This document shows, piece after piece, positions 63,774 to 64,000 of a DNA stretch of 64,000 nt. The translations under genes were made by a program, and so were the position numbers. Source of the stretch: an uncultured Azospirillum sp. (lineage in GTDB: Bacteria; Pseudomonadota; Alphaproteobacteria; Rickettsiales; UBA3002). The stretch lies in the NCBI GenBank assembly GCA_964530085.1, contig CAZGXX010000002.1:212725-276724 (forward strand). The letters are read 5' to 3'. Below the pieces are notes generated by a model that saw nothing but the letters and a program-made list of their open reading frames with translations, was not told the origin of the DNA and did not search any database. Position 1 is the stretch's first letter; each line of letters begins with the position of its first letter.

Positions 63774-63908
63774 TCTGCTCAGTGGCAAAAGCGTGACGCG
63801 TAAGCGCATGTTTTCCATCGTCGGTTGATGAAATCACCCCCGCGTTTGACAAAGCCGCGCGTGCGTTGCATGACTGTGGTCAGTTCGCAACCCACGATGG
63901 AAAACGCT

Positions 63909-64000
63909 ATGAGCAACATCCAGGAAAACCGCCCGCTTTCGCCGCATGTTGGCATCTATCGCTGGCAAATTACCAACACGCTTTCCATCCTCCACCGCAT
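63909..64000 (+). CDS. sdhC: succinate dehydrogenase cytochrome b556 subunit (5-prime partial, runs off the window)
   Basis: MSNIQENRPLSPHVGIYRWQITNTLSILHR matches the conserved SdhC N-terminus RPLSPHLxIYRw....SI.HR. Confidence 0.7.
   Translation, partial: MSNIQENRPLSPHVGIYRWQITNTLSILHR

Overview
64-kb chromosomal window from a moderately GC-rich alphaproteobacterium. The lineage call rests on the atpI-B-E-F'-F operon, NDUFS4-like and NDUFA9-like complex I accessory homologues, ETF-QO, a short FtsY and the CPVSG variant in UvrA. The backbone is about 45 ordinary housekeeping genes: maeB, queH, fumC, purB, ETF-QO, udg, slt, rnhB, dsbA, the atp F0 operon, ftsY, mtaB, dapF, ssb, uvrA, tlyA, ispA, xseB, ffh, rpsP-rimM-trmD-rplS, leuCDB, asd and the start of sdhC. 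One tRNA-Met(CAT) is present. I found no rRNA, CRISPR array, transposase or integrase. Several non-backbone elements are embedded in this. (1) A visibly AT-richer partial type IV secretion island on the minus strand (32.9-40.5 kb). It reads virB3-virB4, then three tandem, translationally coupled virB6 paralogs, then a small lipoprotein, which resembles the first island of the Rickettsiales vir-homolog (rvh) system. (2) About ten lineage-specific orphan genes, mostly AT-richer, sit between conserved neighbours. They include a leaderless M15+M23 double peptidoglycan hydrolase, a leaderless S11 DD-carboxypeptidase-like protein, an EF-hand protein, ankyrin-like repeat proteins, His-rich proteins and a 723-aa Gln-rich protein. 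(3) The most interesting signal is that eight of these orphan transcription units (a ninth weakly) carry the same promoter, and no housekeeping gene does. The promoter is a direct repeat TTGTCAT-N4-CTGTCAT placed exactly 10 or exactly 22 nt upstream of a TATAGT/TAGGGT -10 hexamer. This matches the classical PhoB Pho box in sequence and, for the 10-nt class, in geometry. I read this as a response-regulator-controlled regulon of candidate secreted or effector proteins associated with the T4SS. Other features are a Fur-box-preceded cupredoxin/beta-barrel/FTR1 iron-uptake operon, a HicAB module and a 20-nt duplication of the tRNA-Met 3-prime end (a possible integration scar). There is also a family of GTCAT...ATCCAG palindromic intergenic repeats, a UvrA lacking two zinc-finger cysteines, Lys/Ala/Pro-rich tails on MaeB and UvrA, and a four-helix-bundle protein with a recently expanded tandem-repeat tail between leuC and leuD. 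All calls come from reading the sequence and ORF translations. No database search was run.
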